NCBI GenBank assembly: GCA_012295275.1
Contig: CM022665.1
Span: 28,830,001-28,894,000 of the forward strand
Direction: 5' to 3'
DNA: 64,000 nucleotides
Source of the DNA: Chrysomallon squamiferum
Lineage: Eukaryota > Animalia > Mollusca
The notes under the pieces are model-generated. The model did no database searches, was not told the origin of the DNA, and saw only the letters and a list, made by a program, of their open reading frames with translations. Below are positions 54,619-64,000 of this stretch, in pieces (within the stretch, counting starts at the first letter, position 1; every line of letters begins with the position of its first letter). The translations under genes were made by a program, and so were the position numbers.

Positions 54619-54964
54619 GGGTGAAAAACAATTTAAAATAAATTAGAAAAATAACAACAACAACAACAACAAAAAAAACCACCTGACTTTAGTACAAATC
54701 TTAAAAAAATAAAAAATAAAAAAGTTGGTCATTGTCAGCTATGTGGTCATCATAAGCATAACTTTTTTAATCATTAATATTACTGTCAACATACACGATA
54801 TCAAAAGGGAAAGAGCCATATCGTTCTTTACATTTCTAGATTTTTTTATACAGAAAGTGAATATGTTTAGCTTAATCAGGTTTTTCTTTCACTTGGAATT
54901 TTATTTCTTCGTTATTTGAAAGTAATCAGTGCAAACACAAAGTAAATAATTAATATAATATTGC

Positions 54965-55012
<48 letters not shown>

Positions 55013-56181
55013 AAAAAGAAAGAAAAAAAGTGAAAAAACAACTCAGAAATGCAACCATATATTCAATGCATCATTTATACTGTGTATATTTGCCAGATAG
55101 TGATTTTGTAGATAACAAATAAACAACATGCAATCTAAATTAAAAATAATTCATTTATTATCAGAAATAAACGTGGTCAATGTCTTTTGAGATAAGCATT
55201 GTTATGATCTCTTCCTGATACTCCTTGAAAACATTTAAAAAAAAAAAAATAATAATAACAGCAAAACAAAAACAAATCATATCTAAATACAGCACATATA
55301 TACAAAAATATATATATATATATATATAACCGAAAATATAATGAATAAATGAAATAAAAATAAATTACAGAAGTAACAAGAAGAAGAAGAAAAAATAAAG
55401 AACAATACTGTATAATATTATTTATCATTTTCCATGTCACGTTGTCTTTAGAAATTTATAATTATCTGTTTTCTCAGATAAAGTGATTAATTGAGATTAA
55501 ACCAGTAATACATATTAACAGTTATGGAACAGATATTGGAGAATATTTATAATTAGAAAATATATAACGTACACTGCAATAAAGTTGAGAATAATCACAA
55601 AAAAAAGAAAAAGAAAAGTTGACGGACGATGAAAAGACGACAAAGACATTTTTACAAATGAAATAGCAACAACAACAGTCTGCACAGCAAATAAAGATAA
55701 AAAAAGAGTAATAATTACTTTTTGATATTTAAAAAAAAATAAAATAACAAGAATGAAAACTGCGCATAAACTGCACATAAATACATAATCCAAATAGGGG
55801 AAAAAAAAAAAAAAAAAAATTCTTTCACCATCTTAAGAAAGAAATCAATGTCTTTGTTTGGCTCTTACTTAGTTCACCTGTAACAACCTTACGTGTTACA
55901 GGTAAGCAATTACACGGATCCAGATTGAAGTTTAATAATTAATGAATTTCCACACAGAAAGTCAATATTCTTGACCACAGAGGAGGACTACGTGTCCCCC
56001 TGGGACTTGGATATAGTCATCAGTAACGACATTTAGATTAATTAGATCTCCTGGAATCAACTTAAAGTAAGTTTGACATGGATTATTTATTAGTTTACTG
56101 CGTAGATAATCAAGATATCGACGTTCGTGCGTCACAAACGTCGTTTTTAACCTGAGACTGTCAAAGGAAGTTTTTACATTG

Positions 56182-64000
<7,819 letters not shown>

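Overview
AT-rich, microsatellite-rich, intron-containing animal genomic DNA (invertebrate, probably a mollusc or other lophotrochozoan; the taxon is inferred). Manual splicing supports seven genes. (1) A cryptic 7-exon, 138-aa coiled-coil gene (-, 2125-5555) that the ORF track misses entirely. (2) OTUB1 otubain (-, 8 exons, 9666-16490). (3) An XK-related scramblase-family gene with a single coding exon and a long N-terminal extension (-, 19364-21598). (4) ACBD3/GCP60 (+, 22835-32146), head-to-head with the XK gene. (5) A Tctex-1 domain gene (+, 38096-38689). (6) FAM181 (+, 51399-52640). (7) The 5' part of a polycystin-1/REJ-like receptor (+, from 56182, running off the window). Also present are a decayed LINE, a ~280-bp tandem array, candidate MITEs and many microsatellites. 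The most notable observation is in ACBD3. It has two tandemly duplicated, obligately mutually exclusive exons (29817-29950 and 30522-30643) encoding alternative versions of the MWT/unique-region to GOLD junction. The intron between them contains a long-range complementary stem (a perfect 14-bp helix plus a second helix) covering the likely branch point of the second exon, with a competing partner upstream of the first. This looks like an RNA-structure splicing switch. All splice models are read from sequence only, with no transcript evidence.
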